Shown here: positions 12,763-26,030 of the stretch, in pieces
Layout: each line of letters begins with the position of its first letter
Position numbering within the stretch: position 1 is the stretch's first letter
Assembly (NCBI RefSeq): GCF_009914755.1
Contig: NC_060930.1
Direction: 5' to 3' (one strand)
DNA length: 64,000 bases
DNA from: the human T2T-CHM13v2.0 reference genome, Homo sapiens
Translations under genes and position numbers: made by a program
The notes under the pieces: model-generated
Database searches by the model: none
What the model saw: only the letters and a program-made list of their open reading frames with translations
What the model was told of the DNA's origin: nothing

Positions 12763-13301
12763 TAGAAACGCAGACCCCACACGTTTCAGGAATCCTGAGC
12801 CCCAGTCTGGCTTTGTCACCCCCTGACTCTGTGAGGTTGAGTCAGCTGACTTGTCAGGACCCCTTTGTAAAATGTATGAGGTTTTGATCCAAGTAGAGTT
12901 AGAAGTTTAAAAGTTCGCCCATTTGTAAAATTATGGGGCTCAACTACATTTTTTAAGCAGGCTTCCAATTCTTAAAAACAACTACAGCAATAAAACTAGG
13001 GTGAGTCTATGATTTCAGGCAAATTCTAATTGGCTGATTGTACGTTAGACCTTTTTCTTTTGCATCTAAAATTAAATGAACTGATACCTTCATGTATACA
13101 CTTGATCTCTGTTAAGATGGTGGACTAAAAATTTGTTAGAATAGAAAAAAAATACATAAAGAGTGAAATAATATGATCTCTTCAGAATGGCCAAATTGTG
13201 CTGAGATGGTGATGAGGAGCCGCTCTATGTCCTGAGGCATCTTCTAAGAAAATTCTCTGGCTGGTGCTTTCTGAGTTCATCCTCCTCAGACCTCACTGCT
13301 C

Positions 13302-13567
13302 TCACATTTTTGTTTGTATTTCTTCATCCTCTGCCTGGTTCGCCTGTCCTGGAGCGTGGGGTCTGATCGGGTTCTTGGACTCCACGCACTCCACAAGCCC
13401 ATACGCCACCATGGTCAGGCTCAGGACCCCCAGCAGAATGTAGAGCTTGACGTGCACGCACAAAAACGTGCTGTACCCGAAGGCAATGACGAAGCCCAGG
13501 GCCTCCCACAGGCGGTGATTGGCGAAGGCAGCTTCCTTGCTCTTCTCAAACAGAACGCCGTAGAGAG
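13302..13567 (-). pseudogene. UNC93A: Orphan duplicate of the UNC93A last coding exon (partial unprocessed pseudogene)
   Basis: Acceptor ctctcctctgcag ends at 13568. Translates (A)LYGVLFEKSKEAAFANHRLWEALGFVIAFGYSTFLCVHVKLYILLGVLSLTMVAYGLVECVESKNPIRPHAPGQANQAEDEEIQTKM*, the UNC93A C-terminus. No preceding UNC93A exon was recognisable in the remaining 50 kb. Confidence 0.85.
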
Positions 13568-14245
13568 CTGCAGAGGAGAGAGCGGAGTGAGAGCTCTGCC
13601 ATGGGCCCCACAGTGACCCTGTTCGTGAAAAGAGCACAGCTTTCCCACTGCCCCATTTTCTCAACTAAATCAGAAACAAACGAACGAACAAACAGGGATT
13701 TCACATTGCGGATGCGGCTTGTCAGTGGCGAGTCAGTGGCTTGCCCAGCAGGGGCAGTCACCATCCGCGGGTGAAGCAGAACCCAGGAGACCCCGGCCCT
13801 GGGAGGAGTCTCAGCCCTCCCCTCACTCTGCAGACAAGGGGCACACAGCCCGGAGATGAAGCTCGCCTGAGGTGAGTTGTGGCTGCCTACCAGCCTCCAA
13901 AAGCAACAGCTAACGCAGGTAACAATCACACGGGTAAAGACACTCATCCTTTCCCTTAGGGAATGTCGTCAGATATGTGTACTGAAGCTTAGCAGAGAAG
14001 AGATCTTCACCTCCAGATTTTCAGATCACTGCAGCAGAGTCAGCAAAATCACTGCTGGGTGGGGGTTTCATTCCCATGTGGAGACTTGAAGAGCAAAGTC
14101 TGTTCCCTAAGCACAGCTTCCACGTCAAGGGACTCCTACCTGTGCCTCCAAGAAAGGTCTAAAGTCTATTAAGTGAGCCCTGGGGGGATGTTAAAGACCC
14201 CTCAGGTGGTTGCCTTAAGGTTTGGGGAGAAATGACCTAAGTCTA

Positions 14246-14489
14246 TGCCATGGGCTGAATCCTGTCTCCCCAAATTCACAGAGTTAAGTCCTAGCCCCCA
14301 GTTCCTCAGGATGCGGCAGTGTTTGGAGACGGGGGCTTTACAGAGGTGGTTATGTTGAATGAAGCCTTCGGGGGGGCCCTGTCTGGTCTGCCAGGCTTGC
14401 GAGTTCCAGCCTCCAGCCCTGCGGGACAGGTCTGTGGTGTAAGCCGTCCCATCTGTGGTACTTGTGTTGGCAGCCCAGGCTGACTCACA
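14246..14489 (+). mobile_element. MaLR LTR (MLT1A/B-like), internally deleted
   Basis: tgccatgggctgaat...ccccaaattc...tttggagacgggggctttacagagg...gcagcccaggctgactcac. Confidence 0.7.
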
Positions 14490-15974
14490 CGGTCTGATCA
14501 ATACTTGTAAGTGAAGGCAAGTTAACGTTTCTGTCCTATTTGCTGTGTAGTCATATTTTGAGATACCTGGATGAGAACAGCTAGAGATGGCCGGGCAGTG
14601 TCCACACCTGGACCGACAAGGGACCCTCCAGAGCATCCAGTACATCCTCAGCCCTCCTCCACCCAGGACCCCCTTCACCTCCTGGGCATGGCAGGCTCCT
14701 CCCCACGTGCCTGCCTTCCTCCCACCATGCCCAGGAAGGCCCCTGCATGGTGGGTGATCCCCTGGTCCCCTCCAGGGCTTTACACTGTCCCCTCAAGCCC
14801 CTCTCATGTAGCGTTCCCCTAGCCCAGAAGCAGGCCAGGTGAGTGCCATTCTTTCCTTTCCTCCTCCCTTCCCCGTCTCTGACATCTCAAAACATAGGAG
14901 AGAGGATGTGGGGGAGGAATGGCCCCACCAGTACTGAAGAGCCGGGTCCTTCCAGCCCCTTCTGCCCACGCAAGCCAGGCTACAGCACACAGAGGAGCAG
15001 CGTCCGAGGCAGCACCAGGGCCTGGAAGGCTAGGGGCGAGGCCCTGTGCACCCCCCATGCAGGAAGATGAGCGTCCACTCTGGGCAACCTGAGCTTGTTG
15101 CAATCTCCACCCCACAGCTTCGCGCCTTCACCCTTTAGACACCCAGTGGGAAGGGCTTCACCCTCGGCAGTAACTCAGAACCTGGCACCGGCACACATGG
15201 GGGGTCCCTGCAGGCCACTCAAGGCCTAGTGGCCCCCATAGGCAGGCACAGCCCCCCAGTGAGGGACCGCAGGAGAAGCAGCCTCTTGCTTGTGATTTAA
15301 ATGCAGTGGCCCATTTTGGGACTCCCCCCAGGCGGCCGGCCACACAGACTCAGGAAAACCCTCCACAGGCTGAGGCCAAGTGGGCAGAGGGAGCAGGGAC
15401 AGGAACAGGGTCAGGAGCCGACCAAGTTCTGGTGGGCCAGGGTGTGTGGTGACTGCACTCAGGGGCTGAAACCAGGGGCAGAAGCATGCGGTTCCCAAGA
15501 GGATTCCAGACTGCGAGCCCTGGGGTCCTTGAGGCAGGGAGGATTTCATTTAATTTTGTAAACTTTATGGCACCTGGCTCAGCGCAAACCGTCTTCCCAA
15601 AGACAAGCTCTGCCCACCCCTCCTTAGTCCTAGAGATGATGCCGTATGCAGGGAGGCACAGCATTGCCTGTGCTTGGCGAGGGCACCTGTCCGGCTGTGG
15701 CTACAGGGAGGGCAATGACAAGGGCTGTGAAACACTGCCTGGGAAGCCACGTCCCCAGCTAGCAGGGCCCTGGCCCTGGGAGGGCCTGGGGGGATGAAGT
15801 CCGGTCTCTCCCAGACAAACAGATGATGTCAGTGAGAGAGGGATTCCCTCCAAGAAGGAAAGTGTCAGATAAACACCCTGGAACACAGGCGCTTGCCTTC
15901 CTGGGGGCGGGCCTTCTTTCAACAGCACCGTTACAGACATCCTGTGAACAAGGCCCCAGGGATGTTCTATTCCC

Positions 15975-15987
15975 ATCCAGAGAGGTG

Positions 15988-16024
<37 letters not shown>

Positions 16025-16039
16025 GGCCTTTCTCTGGAT
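15975..16039. repeat. Imperfect palindrome centred on T19-A17
   Basis: ATCCAGAGA-ggtgc-T19-A17-ggcctt-TCTCTGGAT. Confidence 0.9.
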
Positions 16040-17769
16040 ATAAAGAAAGTTATGAGAAGCAGCTGGTCCCAGGCTTTGTTAATTGGTTTTATACAAAACA
16101 ACTCACATTATGAATATTCCTCTACTGCTAAGGACCAACACAGATATGTGCTTTCAGCCAGGGAGTCCCCGCTTAGAGCCCTAAGATTCACATTGCAAAC
16201 AGCTTATGAACATTCAAGAAACAAGAGGCTCTTTGGAACCCTCAGGAGAAGGCACCCTTCTTGTCCCACAGTGCACAGTGTCCACCTTAATAAAAGCAAC
16301 AACCCAAGGAGAATCAAGTAACCAAATTTAGATTTAGTTGTGGCTTCTAAGACTATTCTAAACACCTCTTGTCTTTTTTTTGAGGGTGACTCTTGGCACT
16401 GGATCCCAAACCAAGGTTGAGGGAAGAAAATGCAAGTTGAGACACCGTGGCTACAGGTGGTAGACCACGCCACGTTCTATGGCTAAAAGTGCCCGGCTGT
16501 ACTCCAGGCATGTCGGAGAACCAGAGCCAATGGATCCAGGTTATAAATATTCTAGTAATACAGGCAACTCTAATTTTAAGCTAACTTTTTGGGAATATGG
16601 GTTGGTATCTTTCCAAGATTTCAAGATGAAATTTAGATTGTGCTGCCATGATTAGAAATTGCTGTCCTCCAAGAAAGGGACTCATCTCCCTTCATCAAGT
16701 TCTGGTTGGTTCAAGGCCAGCTCAGCTTCCTCCTAAGCAGACATGTGCTGCTCAGCCCTCTGAGGTTTTCATGAACTTAAACTTCCTGGGCCCTCAATGC
16801 TTCATATGTGTCACATGAAGAACTTCCCATTGTCGGAGTCTGGTTCCAAAATCTGGCCCTAAAGGGGAGATTCACAGCAAAGAGAGAAAGAGCTGGACTG
16901 TCTGCTAGCTCACATACTTGTGTTCAAAATTGCCTGGATGTGTTTGGGAGACAGTAGCGTCCCCAGCCTGGAGGACTTGGGACCCAGAAGGTGGCTGGAA
17001 AGCGGGCTGCCCCCTGGTCACACCACAGAACTGAGGAGGCCGAATAAGATGGGTGTGGCCCCAGACAGAGATGAAACCCTCACTCCTGCCTGTCTCCTAA
17101 CACGGCTCTACCCACAGAAGCAGGGTCCACACCCACAGAGGGAGATGCCTAGGACCCAGAGGATGCTGCTGGAACTGCCTTCAAGAAAACAAGGAGGAGG
17201 AATGGGGGGAACCATTCGCCCACTTGGGAAAGGGGAAGCCACATGTGTGAATGACAGCAGCCCAGGCTAGGGGAGGAGAGGCCAATGCCAGTCATAACTA
17301 AAGTCAGGCTTTTCAGGGAATTACTCAAGATTTGGCTCCTATGTTAATCCAAACATAAAGAGAGCAATGCATTTATTGTTTGTAATTGCAAGGAAATACC
17401 CACAGCTAATGACATAGTGGGGAAAGACATTTTTTAAAAAGGAAAGTAGACTGAAAACGGTATTTCAACAATTCTGAAATGACTGTACATGTGTACAAGA
17501 TTGAACACATAAGGAAGCAGTCATACCTAGTGGGAACCAGGCTTCTGGCTGCTGCAGAAAGGAGTGACAGCTACGCAGTGGGGGCTAGAATAAGCCCTGT
17601 GGTGCTGGATGGGGCCAGGCATCCGTATGAACTTGCATGCATTGCAATGCGAAAGCAGCTGGAGACAGACATGAACACAGATGTGTGTACACAGGCAGAA
17701 CACAGGCAGGTGTCTCCTCTGTCCAACCCTGAGGGCCTGGAGACAACGGCACCTCAGCAGCCATGAGCA

Positions 17770-18845
17770 CAGCCTGCACTCAAATCTTGGCTTCTAATAT
17801 AATTTTCCAACAAAACAAATGTGGGTTCCTCTGAGAAATGCTGATTCTTGCCCTAGAGAAGGGAAAAATACAAAAGATAAGTGTGGAATACATTCTAGTG
17901 CTAGAAAGTAAGAATGCACTGAAAAGAAAATCCACATACACGTGTCTATATCTATTTATGGCCCATCAGAAGGACACAAGAGCCAATGGGAAAGAGCTCA
18001 AAGCAGCCACAGAAGAAATAATGTGGCGATGGATGGTGACCCAAAGTGTAGAGTAAATATATGAGCCCATGCTGATGCAGATCAATGATTGAGTAATAAA
18101 TACATCGGGGAGAAGGGACAGGTGTTTTTATGGAAGAATTACAGAGTACACATAGACATTCCTCAGGGTGGAGATTAGCTGCTGTCTTCTTGACTGCTGG
18201 CTCCCTGGGCACTCGCTCCCGCAGAACCGCGTGTGGAAAGGGAAGGCAGTGGGTTTGCAGTGGAGAGATGTGGCCAGCACCACGGAGCCAACGGGATCAA
18301 GGTTAACATCGCTGGTGAGGAGGCCTGTCCCTGTCCTGTATCCCCCATATGACGGGACAAGAAAGCGCCTCACCAGGGAGCTGTCCTCCGCAAACCCACA
18401 GCCCCAGCCTAATCATGAGAAAACAGCAAACAATCCAAAATTAAGGAACAGCCTACAGACTACGGTGCTCCTCAAAAGGGTCCAGGTCATTAAAAACAAG
18501 CAAAATGAAAAGCTGTCACAGAGCAGCCAGAAGATACGATGACTGAGTCCAACAGGGAATCCAGGACAGGATCCTGGCACAGAAAAAAGAACCTCGTGGG
18601 AAGCCTGGAGGAACCCAAATAAAGGCTGTCCCCCCACTAACTGTCACATGGCAGCGTTACTTCCTAGCTGTACGAATGTGCCGTGGCTCTGTGAGATGCT
18701 CAGCATTTGGGGAAGCTGGCACAGGGCCTACGGGGTAAATGCGTTGGATCTATAGGTTGGTACCTTTCAAGGGGACTCTCTGTACTACATTTGCAACTTT
18801 TCTGTAAATCTAAAACTATTTCAAAATAAAAGCTGTATTTAGAAA
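17770..18845 (+). mobile_element. Old L1M (L1MC/ME-like) 3' fragment
   Basis: Ends ctctctgtactacatttgcaacttttctgtaaatctaaaactatttcaaaataaaa, a typical L1MC/MD 3' end. Confidence 0.7.
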
Positions 18846-19367
18846 GACAAAGCATTGCTCTCAGCCTGGCCTGTCTGCCTCCTCTTCCCAGGTGGCCCAG
18901 GGTTAAAGAGACCAGGATGCTGCTCCCGTCCTCAAACACCGGGATGTGGATGAGAAGCCCAACGATGTTGTTTGGGCAAAGAAGACAGTTAAGTGAATGG
19001 GGCATTGAAGAGAAGTCAGGGCAAAAGAGTATTTTTAGACTAGACATTCTGTATCTTCACGGCAGCGCATTGGCGGGGAAGGGTTGCCATGGCAACTGCA
19101 CCCATCTTTCATTAGCTGTCCGAGGGAATAAGCAGAGAGGAGTGCCTGGCACAGATCTCCCCTTGAGAGGCCGGGGGATGGCTGGAGCCCCAGTGGGACA
19201 GTGACCCGGGCTTCCTCAATTCTGCCCCAGGCAGGAGGGGCTTGAATGGTGAAGTCCTCTGACCTGCTTCTATGTGGGCGACTGTAATGATCAGTCTTTA
19301 AATTGAGCAGTGATGACTGAAAGGTGAGGACAAAGTGCACTGGGTTTTATTCAGTGTCGTTAATTAG

Positions 19368-19992
<625 letters not shown>

Positions 19993-20291
19993 TCCCACAT
20001 ATTTTCTTAAAAGAAAGCACACATTTGGGGAGAATAAAATTAGAAATCTAACTTGCTTTTTAGAAAAACAAAAATGAAGAGAGCTGTTCTTGAGATGTAG
20101 CCAAAGCTACATAAAATTTCCAGCTTTTTCAAAAAATAGAGAACAGAGACCTTATGTGTGTGCTGTGCTGCATGGAGAGCCAGCCTGCCAGGAGTGCAGG
20201 AACGCAGTATTAAAATGCCACTCATACATGACGATTGTGAGTACAAAGTCCACAGGAGCTTCTCAAGTATGTGAAAATATTTTCCCCAACA

Positions 20292-20616
<325 letters not shown>

Positions 20617-23182
20617 TAGAGAAAGACAGAAATAGTTTCAATTTAAATTAGCATCCCTTATTAAAGGGAGTCTTTATTCCAGTCATTCACCGGACTTGGA
20701 CATTGATACTCTTTGTTTGACCTTAGGTAACTTTGTTTGCACAATTCAACAAGGCTTTCCCTGAGAGTATCATGTGTCCATATAAGGAAAAGGAGAGTTA
20801 AGTCCACTATTCACATAGCTCAGGAAGAACAAAAACCAAATATGAATGATCACATTCATTGGGAGCATTTAGGGAGTTATCGTATGGAATACTGTGGGGA
20901 TATTTATCCCAGTGTTCTCCTTTTCATTTAATGTGTAAATACATTTTAAAATTCATGTAAGTTCGGATAAGTCACTCTGCACTTCTGGTAATGGGATGTG
21001 CATTTGGGGAGCTCAGTGAAACACCGGCTCTGCCACACATCCAGGGGACAGTTTAAACAAATGCTGTTTGATGCTTATTGGTAACGTAGCTAAGAGTTCA
21101 GCAGCGACGTGACATGCCACTAGGTTATAATTCTGCACTGCCAAGAACACCAAGGTGAGTTGCTGTTGGTCTCCCCTCCATTAAATCAGTATTTGTTCTG
21201 TTAAGCAATGCCCCGGCCTGGCCTCGGGTCCAGTCTACCCCTTCCAGCCTCCAGGCCTTGATCCCGACGAGCCAGAGTGTGGCGCTGGGCCAAGTACACA
21301 CACATTTTGGTGAAGAGCTTCACTAGGTCCACCTGCATTACTGGGGCAGCAGAAAGGACTGTGAAACACGGCTCCTTAAATCCAACAGTGTGGGTTTGTT
21401 CAAAGGTGATTTTCAGCTGTCCTGTGGATACGCAACCCACCAGGAAGACAAGAAAGGACGTGGCTGGAGTGTTCAGTCCACGATCTATGAGGTCACGTGT
21501 GCTCTTTATCCTCAGTGCAGGGACAGCAGCCAGGTCTGTCATCTCAGAAACATTGGCCTGTAGTTCGTTTGTGGGTTTGCTTTTTCCATTTTCTAAGCCC
21601 TGAGTGTTTGCCAGATAAAGGCAGAATGGTGAAGTCTCTCCTGAAGGGAAGAGGGTCTCATGTGAGCCATGCTCACCTCCGAGAGGACACTTCATCTCAC
21701 CTCATCAGCATCTCTTAGACACGCAGTCTTGCCTCTTTGGGCCTCTGACACCCCTCGGGGCCTTAGATGGGGTTTTTGGGAAATTCAGGGTTCCTACCCT
21801 AAGTCCTCATCTGTGTCATTTTCAACACCACCCAGTACGCACACCCTCCGGCAAGCGGCCACACACACTGCCCCAGCTTCCTTCTCTCCCTAATGACCTT
21901 CCTCCAAAACCCTTTCATGCATCTCCTTGTGGAAAACATGGCCAGCCAGCACAAAGCACCTCAGAGCTCAGCAGAGCCTGGCACCAGCACCTGATATATG
22001 GCAAAAATGTTAATTTCAAGATACATATATGGTTCAACTTCACCAATAAATGTTATCATCAATAAATGTTAATTGACTAAGATGATATTTTGACTTTCAG
22101 AGACAATACAAATTGGAATAATACGTAAAGAAATTAGCATAACGTGGACTTCTTCATACTAACCGTGTTATCGATCAATCAACTTGGACCTTATTTTTAT
22201 TTTTTGGCAACACTTTAGTTTACTTCAGTTCTGGCCTCTCATTAATTCCCACGGATGACCTGTATTTTGATATTAGAGGACCTTCCTGATGTTTTATTGC
22301 ACTGTCTGCTGGTCTTTCTCCCTTGGTTGCTTCAACTCACCAGCCCCATCCTCTAGGACTCGCTCTCTGGCTCTGGGGGCTGTTTCCAGAGGCTGCTCTT
22401 CCCCTCCCCTTCACCAGCCTATGCCTTCTAAGGAGCTTCCCTTTGTGCACAAATAAACCTGGTCTGTTTCCATCCTTCCCAGCCACACCCTCCCTGTCCC
22501 TCCAGCACTTCTACTGGGATTGAATTTCTGAAACCATGGCTTCAGTTACGTCTGCTTTTTCTCCCCCTTCCTCCCAGTTCCTCCTTTTAATCTATGTTCA
22601 AAGGGATTTTTAAAAAATGACCAGTATATTTCACTCTCTGCCTTTTCTCTGTAGCAGAATAAAATGCTACTCTTAGAGGAGATAGTTCCCAGCATCCCCC
22701 AGTGTTCCTGTGACCAGGGCAGGTCTTAGGATGAGACCACAGGGCAGGTCCCCCAGTGGTCTCGTCATAAGCAAAGGGACACTCTTATCTTACCCGACCC
22801 CTGAGGCTGCCTTCCCGCAGCCTACACATTCCTGCAGACATGGAGTTGCCTGAGGGAAGAGAGTGCAACCTCTAGAAACCCAGAGCTGGCTTGGCTCTCA
22901 GAGCTGGTTTTGGCATTATGAGCTCTGTGTGTGCACTGGAGCCATGGCCTGGCCCAGGGCTGACCTGCCAAAGGCCAAAGACGGGTACGTGTAAAGGATT
23001 TAAAAGGTGTCAATAGCCACTTCAGTCCTTAAAATTAACATCTGGGCTCTATCAGCTTGAGAAAAGAGGTGGTTCTGTAGATCTGCTCGAATCTGCAGGT
23101 CACTCATTGGACGTTAAAATGACAGATGCCCTGGGTGATACAAAGCTCAGAGCACGCGTGTTCCGGAAAACCGAGACTTCAC

Positions 23183-23201
23183 CAGCCACTAGATGGCACC
23201 G
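23183..23201 (+). promoter_or_regulatory. CTCF binding motif
   Basis: CAGCCACTAGATGGCACCG matches the CCACYAGRKGGCRC core in unique sequence. ETS-type TTCCGG motifs at about 23161 and 23276. Confidence 0.7.
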
Positions 23202-23539
23202 TTTTGCTACGGCTGAGTTCACCACAGGCGCCATGTGTTCTTCATGCTGTAGAATCACGTTTTAAATCAGCAAACTTCCGGCTAAAAAGTCAAAGATTAA
23301 TATAAGGGAAGTCTACTCAATGGTTTGCTTTTTTAAGGAATGTACTCATGTAAGCAAATTAATATCATTTTTCTTGACATTTACATTGAAATCTTTGTTA
23401 ATAAAAGCAACACCAAATAAATTCGAACGTATCTTATACCATTTTATCCGCATAAAGATGAAGAAGGTATCTATAGGGAATAGAACGAGTTCTTGGCTAC
23501 TTTAGGGAATTTCACACTTTGGAAATAAATGTACTCATG

Positions 23540-23541
<2 letters not shown>

Positions 23542-23571
<30 letters not shown>
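23542..23571. repeat. (TG)n microsatellite
   Basis: About 15 TG units. Confidence 0.95.
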
Positions 23572-23573
<2 letters not shown>

Positions 23574-25668
23574 AAGGAAGAACAATTTGTGTAAATACAA
23601 CCATGGCTTGAGAGAGTATTTTCTCTTAGCAAATGTTCCAAAGCATCTTAAATCTTGGCAGGGGCTGACCACTCCGCCTTCCCCTGGCTAGACAGGCCAC
23701 CTCCTGAGCTGAGCGGGCATTCGGGGCTCTGGCTTCTTCCTCGGCCAAGGAGAACCCAGAGAGCCAATCAGAGAAAAAGCTTTGGGGCCAGTTGGCTGTG
23801 TCAGGCCCTCAGCCAAGACCCTTAGCTAATTTCCATTACTTATCAGAGAGGGCAGACCCATTGAGGGGTCTGGAAAGCAAGGCTGGCTGGAAATACTCCC
23901 ATCCTCACACCATTTGTGAATCCTCCCAGCCTCCATGGCGTGGTTGAAGCTGCTGGTGATGTCCTGGGATTCTGGGTCTTTCTCTCAGCCCACGTCTCCA
24001 CCTGGGGCATGTGAGTGGCCTGACTAGCCATCCAAGACTGTCGAGGGTCTGCAGGGCCCCTGAACAACAGCATCTGATTGGGCTAAGGCACCCTCATTTT
24101 GCACCAGAGTGAAGGAGAGCAGCAGCTCTGTGACTGATCACTGTCTTCCACTCTTTCTATCAGGGCGACAACGCTAGGTGAGCCCGAGTGCGGAGAATCT
24201 GGCCTGTTCCACTCTCATAGTCAGGGGGATCGTGTAGGTCCTGGTTCAGAACACACTCGTGTGCACTGTGCACACACACACTCACACATGCACACACACG
24301 TCCTTTTTATTTTCCAAGTTCGTAGGTCCTTTTCCTTTCCCATGAGCCCTCTGCAGCCTGGGATACAGCACCCACTTCTACATTCGTCCACACTATTTAT
24401 TGAGCGTCTACCCTGGACCAGGTATGCTTCCCAAGGTACTGGGGTACCACACTGATAAAAGAGCCGGGGGTCTCCATTCTCACAGAAGCCTAGTTCTAGT
24501 GGAGGAAACAGACAGTAAACAACTAAGCAAAACAGAGAATTCAAATTCCCATGGAGAGAAGAAGTGCGATCCCAAAATTAGAGCAGCAGATGGAATGATA
24601 GGGAGTATGGGGCAGGTACACACGCTATCCACACCGCATCTACACATGGGTGACAGAGCAGCACCCGGGTTTGGAGAGAGCAGCTTGGCTGGACCCAGGC
24701 ATCACCAGGTCTGCAGCTCAGCTGCCGTTTCTGCCAGCCCCGCAAACTGGAGCAAGTGGCTCTTTGGGTGGAAAAGATCCAGCTGCGTGCAGTGATTAGC
24801 CGAGGAAGCCGTGCTGTGATTGGACAGGTGACAGCGAAGTAGGACTGTGACTTGACAGCCAAGGAAGCTGGCCTGTGATTGGACAGCTGAGGGCCAAGTA
24901 CCTCTTTGTCTCCTGTGCCTTGATGAGCGGCAGAAAGTGCTGATGCTGCTGGAATTTCCTGGGGATTTTTTCTATCAATTATTTTTGTCTGTGCAGACAA
25001 AGACACAGTGATAGTAAATTATGTCCAAAAAACTCCAAAGATTTCGTGCCTTTGCTCTCACAACCACAAACATCCATACAATTTGAACTCTGTCCTCAAG
25101 CGAGATAACGCCATCCTGGGTGACGTGACCTATTTGCAGTCCCTTCGCTCCAGCCGCTATTGCAGCGCGTGGCTTCTAAAATCTCAGCGAGTGTCAGCAG
25201 GTGAGACTGAGGCATTTTCCCCGTTTGTTTCCAGCTACGATGCAATGACCGCCTCTTTTCAGTGGTCCCTTGAGAAGCCACCGTGCCGCTTCTTCCCGCT
25301 CAGCGGGCGGTAAGGCCTGTATGTGCAATATGGGTCTCTCAGCAGCTGCTCCTGCTGGAAACTTCTCCACTGTCTTTGGAAAGGATTTGCTGGAAAGCTG
25401 TAGAAAGACGGACTGGAAAGGTACTTGATATGATGAAGGGAGAACATCTTGTAAAGACAAGCATTGAAGGTTATTGCTTAAGTTTTGACTAAACATAACA
25501 TGTATGAAAAATCGTATACATATGCATATGTATAAATGAATATAAATAGATACATGTATATATGGACATGCATATATATAAAATATAGGCTCATTGTGTG
25601 TGTGTGTAAATATATATCTAGGGAGAGAGAGAGACATCAAACTCTTCTCTAGATAATTAAATTTCTGA

Positions 25669-26030
<362 letters not shown>

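Noticed and set aside
13568-13664. N-terminal extension of the 120-aa UNC93A-like ORF
   Set aside because: Intron sequence with a non-ATG start upstream of the splice acceptor.
21201-21695. 164-aa minus-strand ORF with faint resemblance to the TTLL2 C-terminus
   Set aside because: Only scattered residues match by eye, with no TTL catalytic motifs or splice support. tblastn would be needed.
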